This document shows positions 23,506 through 32,215 of a stretch of 64,000 nt of DNA, one piece after another. Where the stretch lies: NCBI GenBank assembly GCA_021604145.1, contig BQIX01000002.1:9250-73249 (forward strand). The letters are read 5' to 3'. Both the position numbers and the translations under genes were made by a program. This DNA is from Nitrospirales bacterium (lineage in GTDB: Bacteria > Nitrospirota > Nitrospiria > Nitrospirales > UBA8639). The notes below the pieces were generated by a model, which worked only from the letters and a program-made list of their open reading frames with translations, was not told the DNA's origin and did not search any database. The number at the start of each line of letters is the position of its first letter. Position 1 is the stretch's first letter.

Positions 23506-25577
23506 CAGAGGCCCCTCTCACAAGAACTCACCGCCAACGCTTTCTCACTGTCGCCGTCATAGCTGCGTGGTTTTTAATGCTGGTGGGCCCTGGTTTCGCC
23601 CAAACCTCGCCTGAGGAACATGCCAGTCATCATCCGGACCAAGCCAACAGCTCAAGCGGAGCAGAAGGCGGCGAAAGGCAAGAGGGCGCCTCCGGTAGTG
23701 TGGTCGGCGGTCCTCCTGGAAGAAAGGGTGGTGGCCCGGGCAGCATGATGGGTGGCCCGGGCGGGGGCATGGACAAGATGATGGAAAAAATGGGGGCGCC
23801 TAAACCCAAAGCCTTATACCCCACACTCATGAGCCTTCCTGATTTGCCTGTTGAACAACGCGCCAAGGTGCAACAGCAGGCACATGAACGTATGAAGCAA
23901 GGGACAGCCTTGATGGCAGGAGGACTGAAATCCTTATCGCTGTCGGCCCCAACAAACAATTTTTTAGCTATGCAAGAGGCCACGAGGATGTTGCATGAGG
24001 GGATGTCTCAATTCGAAAGTGGTCTGGCTGCCCATCGAGCATTGGCAGAAGGCACGTCACCGCGCAATGTCGCTCTGCAATGGTTCAAGCAGGAAATGAA
24101 CCTGCTTCCTCCAAGGGAGGGCCAGCAGGCCCATGGGATTTTAGGGCTATCCTGGTTTCATTTCTATGTGATGCTGCTCCTTATCGGGTTTGCGGTGGCC
24201 ATGTTATTTCTCTACTTTTTCAAAATGCGCCGCGCGGCGGCATTGCTGAAACGACTTGCTGAGGATTCCGGTCCTGCGAATCCTCCACCAGCCGCTTCTT
24301 CTAAGAAACCAGCTACCACTGTCCCCGTCGAAGTGACACCATCTGGTGGAGGAGTTCCACCATCAATTTCCCAAGCCAAATCCGCCCGTCCGCCCACGTC
24401 GGAAGAAGTGAAACGTTTGGCAACGGCTTCTGCAGAATGCTGCGATGACTCAACAGACGTATGCGCAACCAAAGAGGACCAATCAACAGATCGACCTGAT
24501 ATCTCGAAGGGACTTCTGCCCGTCGCCAAGAAGAAACTCTGCAGACTTCGGGTCGCCCAAATCTACCAGGAAACCGTGGACGTCAAAACTTTCCGGCTCG
24601 TGGCCTGTCATGGAGGGGGCATTCCCTTCAGTTATCTGCCTGGGCAATTCCTCACGTTAACCATGCCGACCGGCGACAAGCCGATTCGTCGAAGCTATAC
24701 CATGTCATCTTCTCCAACTCAAGGATACTATTGCGAGATCACGGTGAAACGTGAAGAGCAAGGCGCCGGATCGCGCTATTTACACGACGCCGTCGAGGTA
24801 GGCGACACGCTTGAGGTTCAAGCCCCGAGCGGGAAGTTTGTGTTTACTGGGAAGGAAGCAGACAGCATTGTGCTCATCTCTGGCGGCGTCGGCATCACTC
24901 CAATGACGAGTATCACCAGGGCATTGACCGACATGGGTTGGCCCGGCGACATCTACTTCATCGCGGCGTGCCGCGATCAAGAACACCTCATCTTCCAGTC
25001 GGAATTAAAGACGCTTCAAGCGCGTCATCCAAATTTACATGTTTTTATCGCTATGAGTCGTCTGGAACAGGACGCCGACGGTTACCATCGCGGGCGGATT
25101 ACCAAGGAATTACTGGCGCAGTGGGTGCCTGGTATCGCCTCGAAGTGGATTCATCTGTGCGGGGCACCGCCCATGATGGATGCTATAAAGCAGATGTTGG
25201 GCGAGTTGGGCGTACCTGGGGAAAAGATTCACACCGAAAACTTTGGCTCGCAACAGAAACCGAAGGTCAGGGCTGCGAAACGCGAGGAAATTCTAAAAAC
25301 GACCCCGGTTGAGAAGACCGGGACGGTCACCTTTCAGAGATCGAATACATCAACGGAACTCATGCCGGATGAGACGGTCCTGGAGGCCTCCGAACGAGTC
25401 GACGTCACAATCGACTATTCCTGCCGGACTGGTTCGTGCGGAGAATGCAAGGTCAAACTCTTGTCCGGGTCAGTGACCATGGAAGTCGAGGACGGCCTGG
25501 ATCCAGAGGACCAAGCCGCAGGAATGATTCTCGCTTGCCAGGCCAAGTCCACCGACAAGGTGGCGGTCGATGCTTAA
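23502..25577 (+). CDS. membrane-anchored fusion: periplasmic His/Met/Gly-rich domain, TM helix, FNR-type FAD/NAD(P)-binding module, plant-type 2Fe-2S ferredoxin
   Basis: Signal peptide ending PGFAQT. HASHHPD and GSMMGGPGGGMDKMMEKMG. TM LSWFHFYVMLLLIGFAVAMLFLYFF. RRSYTMSS (RxYS FAD motif), LISGGVGITPM (NAD motif), C-terminal CRTGSCGECKVKL ... LACQA. Confidence 0.85.
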   Translation: MTEAPLTRTHRQRFLTVAVIAAWFLMLVGPGFAQTSPEEHASHHPDQANSSSGAEGGERQEGASGSVVGGPPGRKGGGPGSMMGGPGGGMDKMMEKMGAPKPKALYPTLMSLPDLPVEQRAKVQQQAHERMKQGTALMAGGLKSLSLSAPTNNFLAMQEATRMLHEGMSQFESGLAAHRALAEGTSPRNVALQWFKQEMNLLPPREGQQAHGILGLSWFHFYVMLLLIGFAVAMLFLYFFKMRRAAALLKRLAEDSGPANPPPAASSKKPATTVPVEVTPSGGGVPPSISQAKSARPPTSEEVKRLATASAECCDDSTDVCATKEDQSTDRPDISKGLLPVAKKKLCRLRVAQIYQETVDVKTFRLVACHGGGIPFSYLPGQFLTLTMPTGDKPIRRSYTMSSSPTQGYYCEITVKREEQGAGSRYLHDAVEVGDTLEVQAPSGKFVFTGKEADSIVLISGGVGITPMTSITRALTDMGWPGDIYFIAACRDQEHLIFQSELKTLQARHPNLHVFIAMSRLEQDADGYHRGRITKELLAQWVPGIASKWIHLCGAPPMMDAIKQMLGELGVPGEKIHTENFGSQQKPKVRAAKREEILKTTPVEKTGTVTFQRSNTSTELMPDETVLEASERVDVTIDYSCRTGSCGECKVKLLSGSVTMEVEDGLDPEDQAAGMILACQAKSTDKVAVDA

Positions 25578-25592
25578 AGAATTTGAAAACTC

Positions 25593-26357
25593 ATGAAGGA
25601 ACGTGAAGCCCTAACGATTGGCGGTCTGGTGCTCTTTCTGACTCTTTTCTGGCTCGGCTTTCTTGTCCACCGATCGCCACGTTTTGCAGGGAGTTTCTGG
25701 GGCGGTATGCTTGGTGTGAGCGGGGCCACGCTGATGCTCGTTCCACTGGCATACCTCGTCATCAAACGAGTGAAAACGCTCAAACAGGCCGTGACTCGAC
25801 GTGTGTCGATGCGTACCCTGCTTGCGTGGCACATCTATGCTGGTGTGGTAGGACCCATTTTAGTTTTGTTCCATACGGGCCATAAGTTTGAAAGTCCGTT
25901 AGGAATTGCTTTGACCAGCATGACGTTCATTGTCGTGTTGAGTGGATTCACCGGTCGCTATCTCATGGGTCAAATCTCTCAAGAGATTAAAGAAAAACGA
26001 TCCATGCTCAACGGGCTGAACTCCTCGTACCAGGAAACAAGGGAACGACTGCGAACGTGCTGCGCGGATAAAACGGCCCAACTTAAACCCTTTGATGGCT
26101 TTTTCTCCCGATTGGTGGGAGGAGCCTTCTTCAGCGCACAGGAACAGGAGACGGAAACGATGTCCATCGGCCTCCGTGCCATTCGGCTTTCTGATGCGAT
26201 TGCTGACCTTGAATACGCCATACGAACACACGAAACCTTCAAACGAATGTTTACCGTGTGGCTGAGAATTCACATCACTTTGTCCATGGTGCTCTATACG
26301 CTTCTCGCTCTCCACATTTGGGCAGCCATTCACTTTGGATTACGTTGGTTTTCATGA
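25593..26357 (+). CDS. polytopic membrane protein with two H-x13-H pairs (candidate di-haem b, ferric-reductase-domain or DUF4405-like)
   Basis: About 5 TM helices. WHIYAGVVGPILVLFH and IHITLSMVLYTLLALH each have exactly 13 residues between the His, inside hydrophobic segments. A ~100-aa polar loop lies between them. Confidence 0.6.
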   Translation: MKEREALTIGGLVLFLTLFWLGFLVHRSPRFAGSFWGGMLGVSGATLMLVPLAYLVIKRVKTLKQAVTRRVSMRTLLAWHIYAGVVGPILVLFHTGHKFESPLGIALTSMTFIVVLSGFTGRYLMGQISQEIKEKRSMLNGLNSSYQETRERLRTCCADKTAQLKPFDGFFSRLVGGAFFSAQEQETETMSIGLRAIRLSDAIADLEYAIRTHETFKRMFTVWLRIHITLSMVLYTLLALHIWAAIHFGLRWFS

Positions 26358-26377
26358 TGAAGACTGGGTGGTGATCT

Positions 26378-27178
26378 ATGGATAAGCTGCGAATCGTTGC
26401 ATTAACGCTTTTCACGATCTTAGGGGTATTAGGCCTTGTCTATACCAGCGTGGGAACTCCGATGGTTGCCAACACCTGGCAGCGATTAGTCAATCCAGGA
26501 GAGCTCTCCGTGGTCCATGCTTCTTTGGAACAGAATTGCGGATCCTGCCATACCGCTGTCATGGGAGTGGATGCGACGAAGTGCATTCTTTGCCATGCCA
26601 ATGAGGAATCGCTCCTGCAGCGTCAGCCGACGGCCTTTCATGCCGACCTAACGGAGTGTCGATCTTGCCATCTCGAACATCAAGGACACGTTCGAAAGCC
26701 AACGAATATGGATCACCGGGCTCTTGCCAAGATCGGCTTGTTCACCCTCCCGAAGGATGGAGATTCCCTTGGCGAGGCAGAGATGGTGCGCTGGAACCTG
26801 ACAAATTGGCTTGAGCATTCAGAAGTTTTGCTGTCTTCCCCGCTGAACAACCGTCACCTGGCGCCTGAAGAAGCGATTTTAAACTGTACCACCTGTCACA
26901 AAAATGATGACCGACATTTCGAACTTTTTGGCCAGGATTGTGCTGCGTGCCATGCCACACAGGCCTGGACCCTTCCCGAATTCCAGCACCCCCCCGGGAA
27001 CTCTATGGATTGCGTCCACTGTCATCAAGCGCCACCAAGCCATTATATGATGCATTTCACCATGATTTCCCAAAGAGTGGCTGGCCAGCCACGGGCACGT
27101 GTGGATCAGTGTTTTTTATGCCATCAGACTACCTCATGGCCGGATATTAAAAAAGCCGGGATGTATAAACATCATTAA
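26378..27178 (+). CDS. membrane-anchored heptahaem c-type cytochrome
   Basis: N-terminal TM anchor. Seven CxxCH motifs (CGSCH, CILCH, CRSCH, CTTCH, CAACH, CVHCH, CFLCH). Confidence 0.85.
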   Translation: MDKLRIVALTLFTILGVLGLVYTSVGTPMVANTWQRLVNPGELSVVHASLEQNCGSCHTAVMGVDATKCILCHANEESLLQRQPTAFHADLTECRSCHLEHQGHVRKPTNMDHRALAKIGLFTLPKDGDSLGEAEMVRWNLTNWLEHSEVLLSSPLNNRHLAPEEAILNCTTCHKNDDRHFELFGQDCAACHATQAWTLPEFQHPPGNSMDCVHCHQAPPSHYMMHFTMISQRVAGQPRARVDQCFLCHQTTSWPDIKKAGMYKHH

Positions 27179-27373
27179 TAAAGAAGCGCAAGATTAGTGA
27201 AAAAATAATGGCTCACCGGGACTACACTGCCTTGAGGTTCAGACGAGAATCGAATAAGCACTTGCTTTACTCGACGAATGCCCAATTGAATCCTGCCTTT
27301 GGAATCGAAATTTCTTTAACCTTTTGATCCGGAGAGCTATTGACGATAGCTGCCAGTAAACGATGTAAGCTGG

Positions 27374-28711
27374 ATGTCCATGAATCCCGGTAATTTCCGT
27401 AGTTCTGTTCGCCGCTCTATCGCGTTGCGTGTCGGCATGACGGCGATTCTGCTCGGGGCTGTTTTCGCCGGAATCACCGCGGTCACGGAACGCCAACGAA
27501 TGGAAGAAGGCGTTCTCGCTCTGGCTCGCGCGACAGCCGCCCACTGGAATGTCGCCGTCCGCGGCCAACTCGATCGTTTCGGCTTGCTCAAGCCAGGAGC
27601 ACTGCAGGATTCACTGGATGCATTCATGGCTGGAAACGGCGAACAGGTGCTTGAGCAGGGACGGTTTGTCTACGCGCGAGTGCACGACGCCGATGGTCTT
27701 GAGCTTGCTCAACTGGATGATACAAGCTTCATAAACCTGCAGAAGATCCGTCAAGCGGTGGACACGGCCGACTTTCGGCCGCCCGAATCAGGCGACCATT
27801 TTGTCGTTAGGACGCGACTCGGAAGTCGTTCGTACGTTGCCCTACAGATCGCGTTAACCAACAAGAGCGGGGAGATACGCGCATGGCTTGATGGCATTTT
27901 TGCACTATCCACTACTGAGCAGGCACGATTGCAAGCGAACATCTGGCGCACGGTCTTGCACGTGTTTACAGGGATTCTGATCACTGGTCTGATACTGTAC
28001 CCAGTCGTCTCGCAGCTGCTCGGCCGTCTAAGCGGACTGACCGACCGCCTGCTCGACGCTAATCTGGAGACTATCCAGGTACTTGGCGGAGCGATTGCGA
28101 AACGCGACTGCGACACCGATACACATAATTACCGTGTGACGGTGTATTCGATCCGGCTGGCCGAGGTGGTCGGCCTTGACGACGTGCAAATTCAAGCACT
28201 AATCAAGGGTGCCCTGCTGCACGATGTCGGCAAACTCGGCATTCGTGACAATGTGCTGCTTAAACCAGAGCGTCTGGACGAGGCAGAGTTTGAGATTATG
28301 AAAACCCACGTGCAGCACGGGCTCGACATAACCGGCCGAGCGGACTGGCTGGCCGAAGCTCAGGATGTCGTTGGCGCGCATCACGAGAAGTACGATGGCA
28401 GTGGATACCCCGGCGGTCTGGCCAGAGACGCCATACCGCTTAACGCACGGATTTTCGCTATCGCGGATGTGTTCGATGCCTTGACCTCATGGCGGCCATA
28501 CAAGGAACCGATCGCATTCGACGACACCATGGAGATTCTGGAAAAAGGACGCGGAGAGCACTTTGACCCGCGCTTGCTGGACTTATTCACCGGGATCGCG
28601 CGCGAGGTGTACGACCGATTCGGTGGCTTGAAAAGCGATGCCGCACGTGGGGAACTCGGCCGCCTCATACAGCGTTACTTTCGACGAGATACGGCCGCAT
28701 TGATGCGTTAG
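27374..28711 (+). CDS. HD-GYP domain protein (c-di-GMP phosphodiesterase family) with N-terminal membrane sensor region
   Basis: HDVGKLGI ... HHEKYDGSGYPGGL HD-GYP signature. Two TM helices flank a ~150-aa segment. Confidence 0.9.
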   Translation: MSMNPGNFRSSVRRSIALRVGMTAILLGAVFAGITAVTERQRMEEGVLALARATAAHWNVAVRGQLDRFGLLKPGALQDSLDAFMAGNGEQVLEQGRFVYARVHDADGLELAQLDDTSFINLQKIRQAVDTADFRPPESGDHFVVRTRLGSRSYVALQIALTNKSGEIRAWLDGIFALSTTEQARLQANIWRTVLHVFTGILITGLILYPVVSQLLGRLSGLTDRLLDANLETIQVLGGAIAKRDCDTDTHNYRVTVYSIRLAEVVGLDDVQIQALIKGALLHDVGKLGIRDNVLLKPERLDEAEFEIMKTHVQHGLDITGRADWLAEAQDVVGAHHEKYDGSGYPGGLARDAIPLNARIFAIADVFDALTSWRPYKEPIAFDDTMEILEKGRGEHFDPRLLDLFTGIAREVYDRFGGLKSDAARGELGRLIQRYFRRDTAALMR

Positions 28712-29029
28712 CCGTATCTGTGGATTTACGTTCATTGGCTTCATGTTCAATTCGAGACAGCGGTGTTTGCCAAAGGAGAACACATGAGTCTTTTTTACCC
28801 TGCCCATGGAAATAGGGTAAAACCAAATCATGTGTCGCAATTAGGGGCATGTCGGATTTTTCCATTGGGGAGAAATGCCACATAGCTTATGGTTATTCGA
28901 ACTGACTTAAATGACCAAGTATCTGTTTTTTTAGGTTTTTAAATAATGGTCTGTGACTTGCTTAATTATGAAATGGGGAGTTCGTATTCCGAATAAATCC
29001 AAAATGTATCACCGATGTAGAAAATTCCT

Positions 29030-29395
29030 ATGAATCCTCAAACGAGACAGATTAAATTAGTTCTTACGTATTTTTCACTCTTTACCCTTTTGGTCTGTGG
29101 AGTAGGTGGCCTGTTTTGTCCAATGCCAGCTTCTGCAACCGATACACACCATTCTCAACCAGTCCCCCATCATTCGTCATCCCAAAAGGGTGATTGTCCG
29201 GATCAGTTCAAAAACGCTGAAAACGAGTCCAAACCACTACCCGTTAATCTCCTTCAGGTTGAATTGCTGGAAAGCCTCGACATTTGGTCTGATGTGTTCC
29301 CATCTCGTCTTTTCCAAAGTTTTTTCAAAGCGCGCGCGCTCACACCTTCCTCCTATCCTCTTCTGTTCCTTCGCTTCTCTGCCCTTCTAAATTGA
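29030..29395 (+). CDS. small Cys/His-motif membrane protein, paralog B
   Basis: VCGVGGLFCPMPASATDTHHSQ, GDCPD, YPLLFLRFSALLN. Paralog of 9032-9400. Confidence 0.6.
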   Translation: MNPQTRQIKLVLTYFSLFTLLVCGVGGLFCPMPASATDTHHSQPVPHHSSSQKGDCPDQFKNAENESKPLPVNLLQVELLESLDIWSDVFPSRLFQSFFKARALTPSSYPLLFLRFSALLN

Positions 29396-29597
29396 GTTTC
29401 TTGACAGCCTAGCTGCCTAAGAATCCAGAAGTGCGATTTCTTTCTGGGTTCATAGCTGCGGTGTATGTATTCACCCAATGTAGGGGGCAGGACATGAGAA
29501 TAGACTCATCCCAAGGTTTACCCATGGAAGAATAGTGCATTGGTTTAAAGAAATTTGGCATACCGAAAAAATAGCCACTAAACGAGCGAGGCATACC

Positions 29598-30248
29598 ATG
29601 AACGGAACATCGATTATCGATAGCGGATTGAAAGAAAGAAAGGCCCTTGTGGAAGCGGCCCTGATTCAGAATCGCAAACAATTTCTGTCTTTTCTCCACC
29701 GACGGGAAGGGAGCTTGGAGTTTGTCGAAGACATCTTTCAGCAATTCTGTCTTCGTGCCCTCACCAATAGCGCCACCCTAAGAAATCCAGAAAGGGTCGT
29801 CGCGTGGCTCTATCGGATTCTCCATAGCACGTTGGCCGATTTTTTTCGAAGTGAAAACCGACGCCAACGTGACGAGTCAGCATACACCCAATATCAGACC
29901 GAACAGGGTGGTACCAAGGAGAATGATCCAGAGAAAATTTGCGCCTGTTTTACAAAGGTTTTGCCTACGCTCCAGCCCGGGTATTTTCATATGCTGGAGC
30001 GGATCGATCTGCGTGGAGAATCACGCGAAGAAGTCGCAAGGGATTTGGGCGTTACGAGCAACCTCGTACGAGTGCGGCTGCATCGCGCGCGGCGGGCGCT
30101 TAAGGAGGCACTCCTGGACTCATGCCAGGCTTGCTGTCATGAACAGGGATTCATGGACTGCGATTGTGTTGGAGGAGAAGAGGTGCACGGCATCAGTCGA
30201 AATCACACCAACTGTAATGCGGTGAGATCTTTAACGTCTTATATATGA
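29598..30248 (+). CDS. ECF-type sigma factor with Cys-rich C-terminus (CorE-like), copy B
   Basis: Paralog of 20224-20823. Linker CAC, sigma-4 LRGESREEVARDLGVTSNLVRVRLHRARRAL, then CQACCHEQGFMDCDC. ATG 29598 chosen. Confidence 0.8.
   Translation: MNGTSIIDSGLKERKALVEAALIQNRKQFLSFLHRREGSLEFVEDIFQQFCLRALTNSATLRNPERVVAWLYRILHSTLADFFRSENRRQRDESAYTQYQTEQGGTKENDPEKICACFTKVLPTLQPGYFHMLERIDLRGESREEVARDLGVTSNLVRVRLHRARRALKEALLDSCQACCHEQGFMDCDCVGGEEVHGISRNHTNCNAVRSLTSYI
30213..30241 (+). promoter_or_regulatory. candidate ECF-type promoter TGTAAT-N16-CGTCTTA, copy 2
   Basis: Same bipartite motif and same downstream TGATTGAAATT as copy 1. It lies within the last codons of sigma B, upstream of the 30311-35425 gene string. 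Confidence 0.45.
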
Positions 30249-30310
30249 TTGAAATTTATGAACCGGACCTTCATGAACACAGATTATATCGTGAAACAGG
30301 GAGGGATGTG

Positions 30311-31315
30311 ATGAATACTCCAAATAAACCTTGGACAATTGTTCTAGCGGGAGGGGAAGGAGAGCGCGTAAGGCCATTGGTGCAATCCTGGCTGGGGCGG
30401 CACAGGCCTAAACAGTATTGTACATTTGTGGGAACCCGGTCCATGTTTCAGCATACCCTCCACCGGGCAGCCAAACTCACGACTCCCGAACGCATGGTGA
30501 CCGTGGTGGCTCATGGTCATGGGAGTGAACCATGGACTCAGTTTGACGGAGTACCGGGGATCAAAGTCCTACGTCAACCACAAAACCGGGACACCGCGGC
30601 TGGAATATTTTTTCCTCTCGCGTACATTCGCGCGCGCGATCCGGACGCGACAGTAGTCTTGTACCCATCCGACCACTTTGTATTTCCGGAAGATCGATTT
30701 TTGGAAGTGGTGCAGTGTGCAGTGCAGACGGCGGAGACACAACCCTGGCGCTTGGTCCTGCTTGGGGTTCAACCGGATCGCCTTGAGTTGGAATATGGGT
30801 GGATTCACCCAGGGCCTACCCTCAATCAGTCTACCTCTTGCCACGTGCGGGCGATAAAGGCATTTCTGGAAAAACCGAATTTTCTTCAAGCCAGTCGAGC
30901 GATGAATTCTGGAGCCGTATGGAATACGCTTATTTTGGCTGCCAAGTTACAAAAACTGTGGGAGCTTGGCTGGCAATGTTTTCCAGAGATGATGCCGCTT
31001 TTTGACCGGCTGTGTGGGGCGATCGGAAGCCCAGAAGAAGGCAAGGTTTTAGATGCCATCTATCGGGTCATGCCCGAGAGAAATTTTTCCTCAGGGTTGC
31101 TTCAGCGGGTTCCAGAACACGTAGCCATGATTCAACTGAATGGCGTTCTTTGGAGCGACTGGGGCAAGCCGGAACGAATTGTTGAGACGCTGCTGAAGAT
31201 CGGCAAGCAACCCGCGTTCCCTTTGAGCCTCCTTTCAGGTCTGTCAGCCATAGATACAAGTAGAGTAAAAGTCCGGAACATCTGTGTTTCCGTTAAGAAG
31301 CACGTTTCGGTTTAG
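30311..31315 (+). CDS. sugar-phosphate nucleotidyltransferase (mannose-1-phosphate guanylyltransferase-like)
   Basis: WTIVLAGGEGERVRPL ... PKQYC NTP-transferase N-terminus. ATG 30311 follows GGGAGGGA. Confidence 0.8.
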   Translation: MNTPNKPWTIVLAGGEGERVRPLVQSWLGRHRPKQYCTFVGTRSMFQHTLHRAAKLTTPERMVTVVAHGHGSEPWTQFDGVPGIKVLRQPQNRDTAAGIFFPLAYIRARDPDATVVLYPSDHFVFPEDRFLEVVQCAVQTAETQPWRLVLLGVQPDRLELEYGWIHPGPTLNQSTSCHVRAIKAFLEKPNFLQASRAMNSGAVWNTLILAAKLQKLWELGWQCFPEMMPLFDRLCGAIGSPEEGKVLDAIYRVMPERNFSSGLLQRVPEHVAMIQLNGVLWSDWGKPERIVETLLKIGKQPAFPLSLLSGLSAIDTSRVKVRNICVSVKKHVSV

Positions 31316-31348
31316 AAAGACAACAAACTTAAAGTAAGGAGAGGCATC

Positions 31349-31567
31349 ATGAAAAAGCAGCAGTTATTCAAAAAGAGACCTCCCGATGAGGAAGCACCGG
31401 ATCCAACTCAAGGTAGTCAGGAAACATCAAAAGTTGATGATCTTCAAGTCTGCATCGCCCATCGGGCCTATGAGCTGTATGAGCAAGAGGGCTGTTGCCA
31501 TGGCCATGACTTTGATCACTGGCTTCAAGCTGAGCGAGAAGTTATAAAAGTTGAAACCGAAAAGTAG
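31349..31567 (+). CDS. DUF2934-like small protein
   Basis: IAHRAYELYEQEG..HGHDFDHWLQAEREV matches the DUF2934 pattern as recalled. Confidence 0.65.
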   Translation: MKKQQLFKKRPPDEEAPDPTQGSQETSKVDDLQVCIAHRAYELYEQEGCCHGHDFDHWLQAEREVIKVETEK

Positions 31568-31636
31568 CATGGGCTGCCAGCGAGGTATCGTTGAAAAAGA
31601 TCAGAAGCGGCTCACATGAAGGACAAGAGGGAATGT

Positions 31637-32200
31637 ATGAAACCGACTAACCATCGGTCTGGAGAGGAATCCGATGAAGGAGATCTCATGAACGCTACTG
31701 AAGGGGAAGGGCGCCGAACATTTCTTGGATGGGTGAGCGCGGCCATTGCTGGGGCAATTGGGTTGGTCGTGGGAATCCCCCTTGTAGGTTACACCATACT
31801 GCCTGCCCTGAAACGACAGAAACTGAGCTGGCATGACGTCGGACCAGAAAAAGGCCTTGAACCGTCCTCACCCAAGGAAATGGACTGCATTCATTCCGTC
31901 ACTGATGGATGGCAGAAGACGACAACGAAGAAATCGGTGTGGGTTGTCAAAGATAAGAGAGGAGCGATGACAGTCTTTTCTCCTTTATGTACTCATTTGG
32001 GCTGTGGTTATCGGTGGGAGGGGGATCAGCAACAATTTTACTGCCCCTGCCACAATAGTTACTTCAGCGTGGATGGCAAAGTTCTGGAGGGCCCAGCTCC
32101 TCGTCCCTTGGATACGCTCCCAGTAAAAATTGAAAACGGACGAGTGTTGGTCATCTACAAAGAATTTAAAGCCGGGACTGCCAAAAAAATCGAATTGTAA
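31637..32200 (+). CDS. Rieske 2Fe-2S subunit of a cytochrome bc-type complex
   Basis: Tat-like GRRTFLGWVSAAIAG. Rieske boxes CTHLGCG and CPCHNSYF. Confidence 0.9.
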   Translation: MKPTNHRSGEESDEGDLMNATEGEGRRTFLGWVSAAIAGAIGLVVGIPLVGYTILPALKRQKLSWHDVGPEKGLEPSSPKEMDCIHSVTDGWQKTTTKKSVWVVKDKRGAMTVFSPLCTHLGCGYRWEGDQQQFYCPCHNSYFSVDGKVLEGPAPRPLDTLPVKIENGRVLVIYKEFKAGTAKKIEL

Positions 32201-32215
32201 AAATATAATTGAGGT

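Noticed and set aside
28784-28885. 33-codon ORF (MSLFYPAHGNRVKPNHVSQLGACRIFPLGRNAT) with AAAGGAG 5 nt upstream. It overlaps a 9-bp stem TTTTACCCT...AGGGTAAAA (28793-28822).
   Set aside because: It has no conservation signal or partner copy in the window, so a good RBS alone is not enough. The stem lacks a downstream T-tract, so it is not called a terminator.
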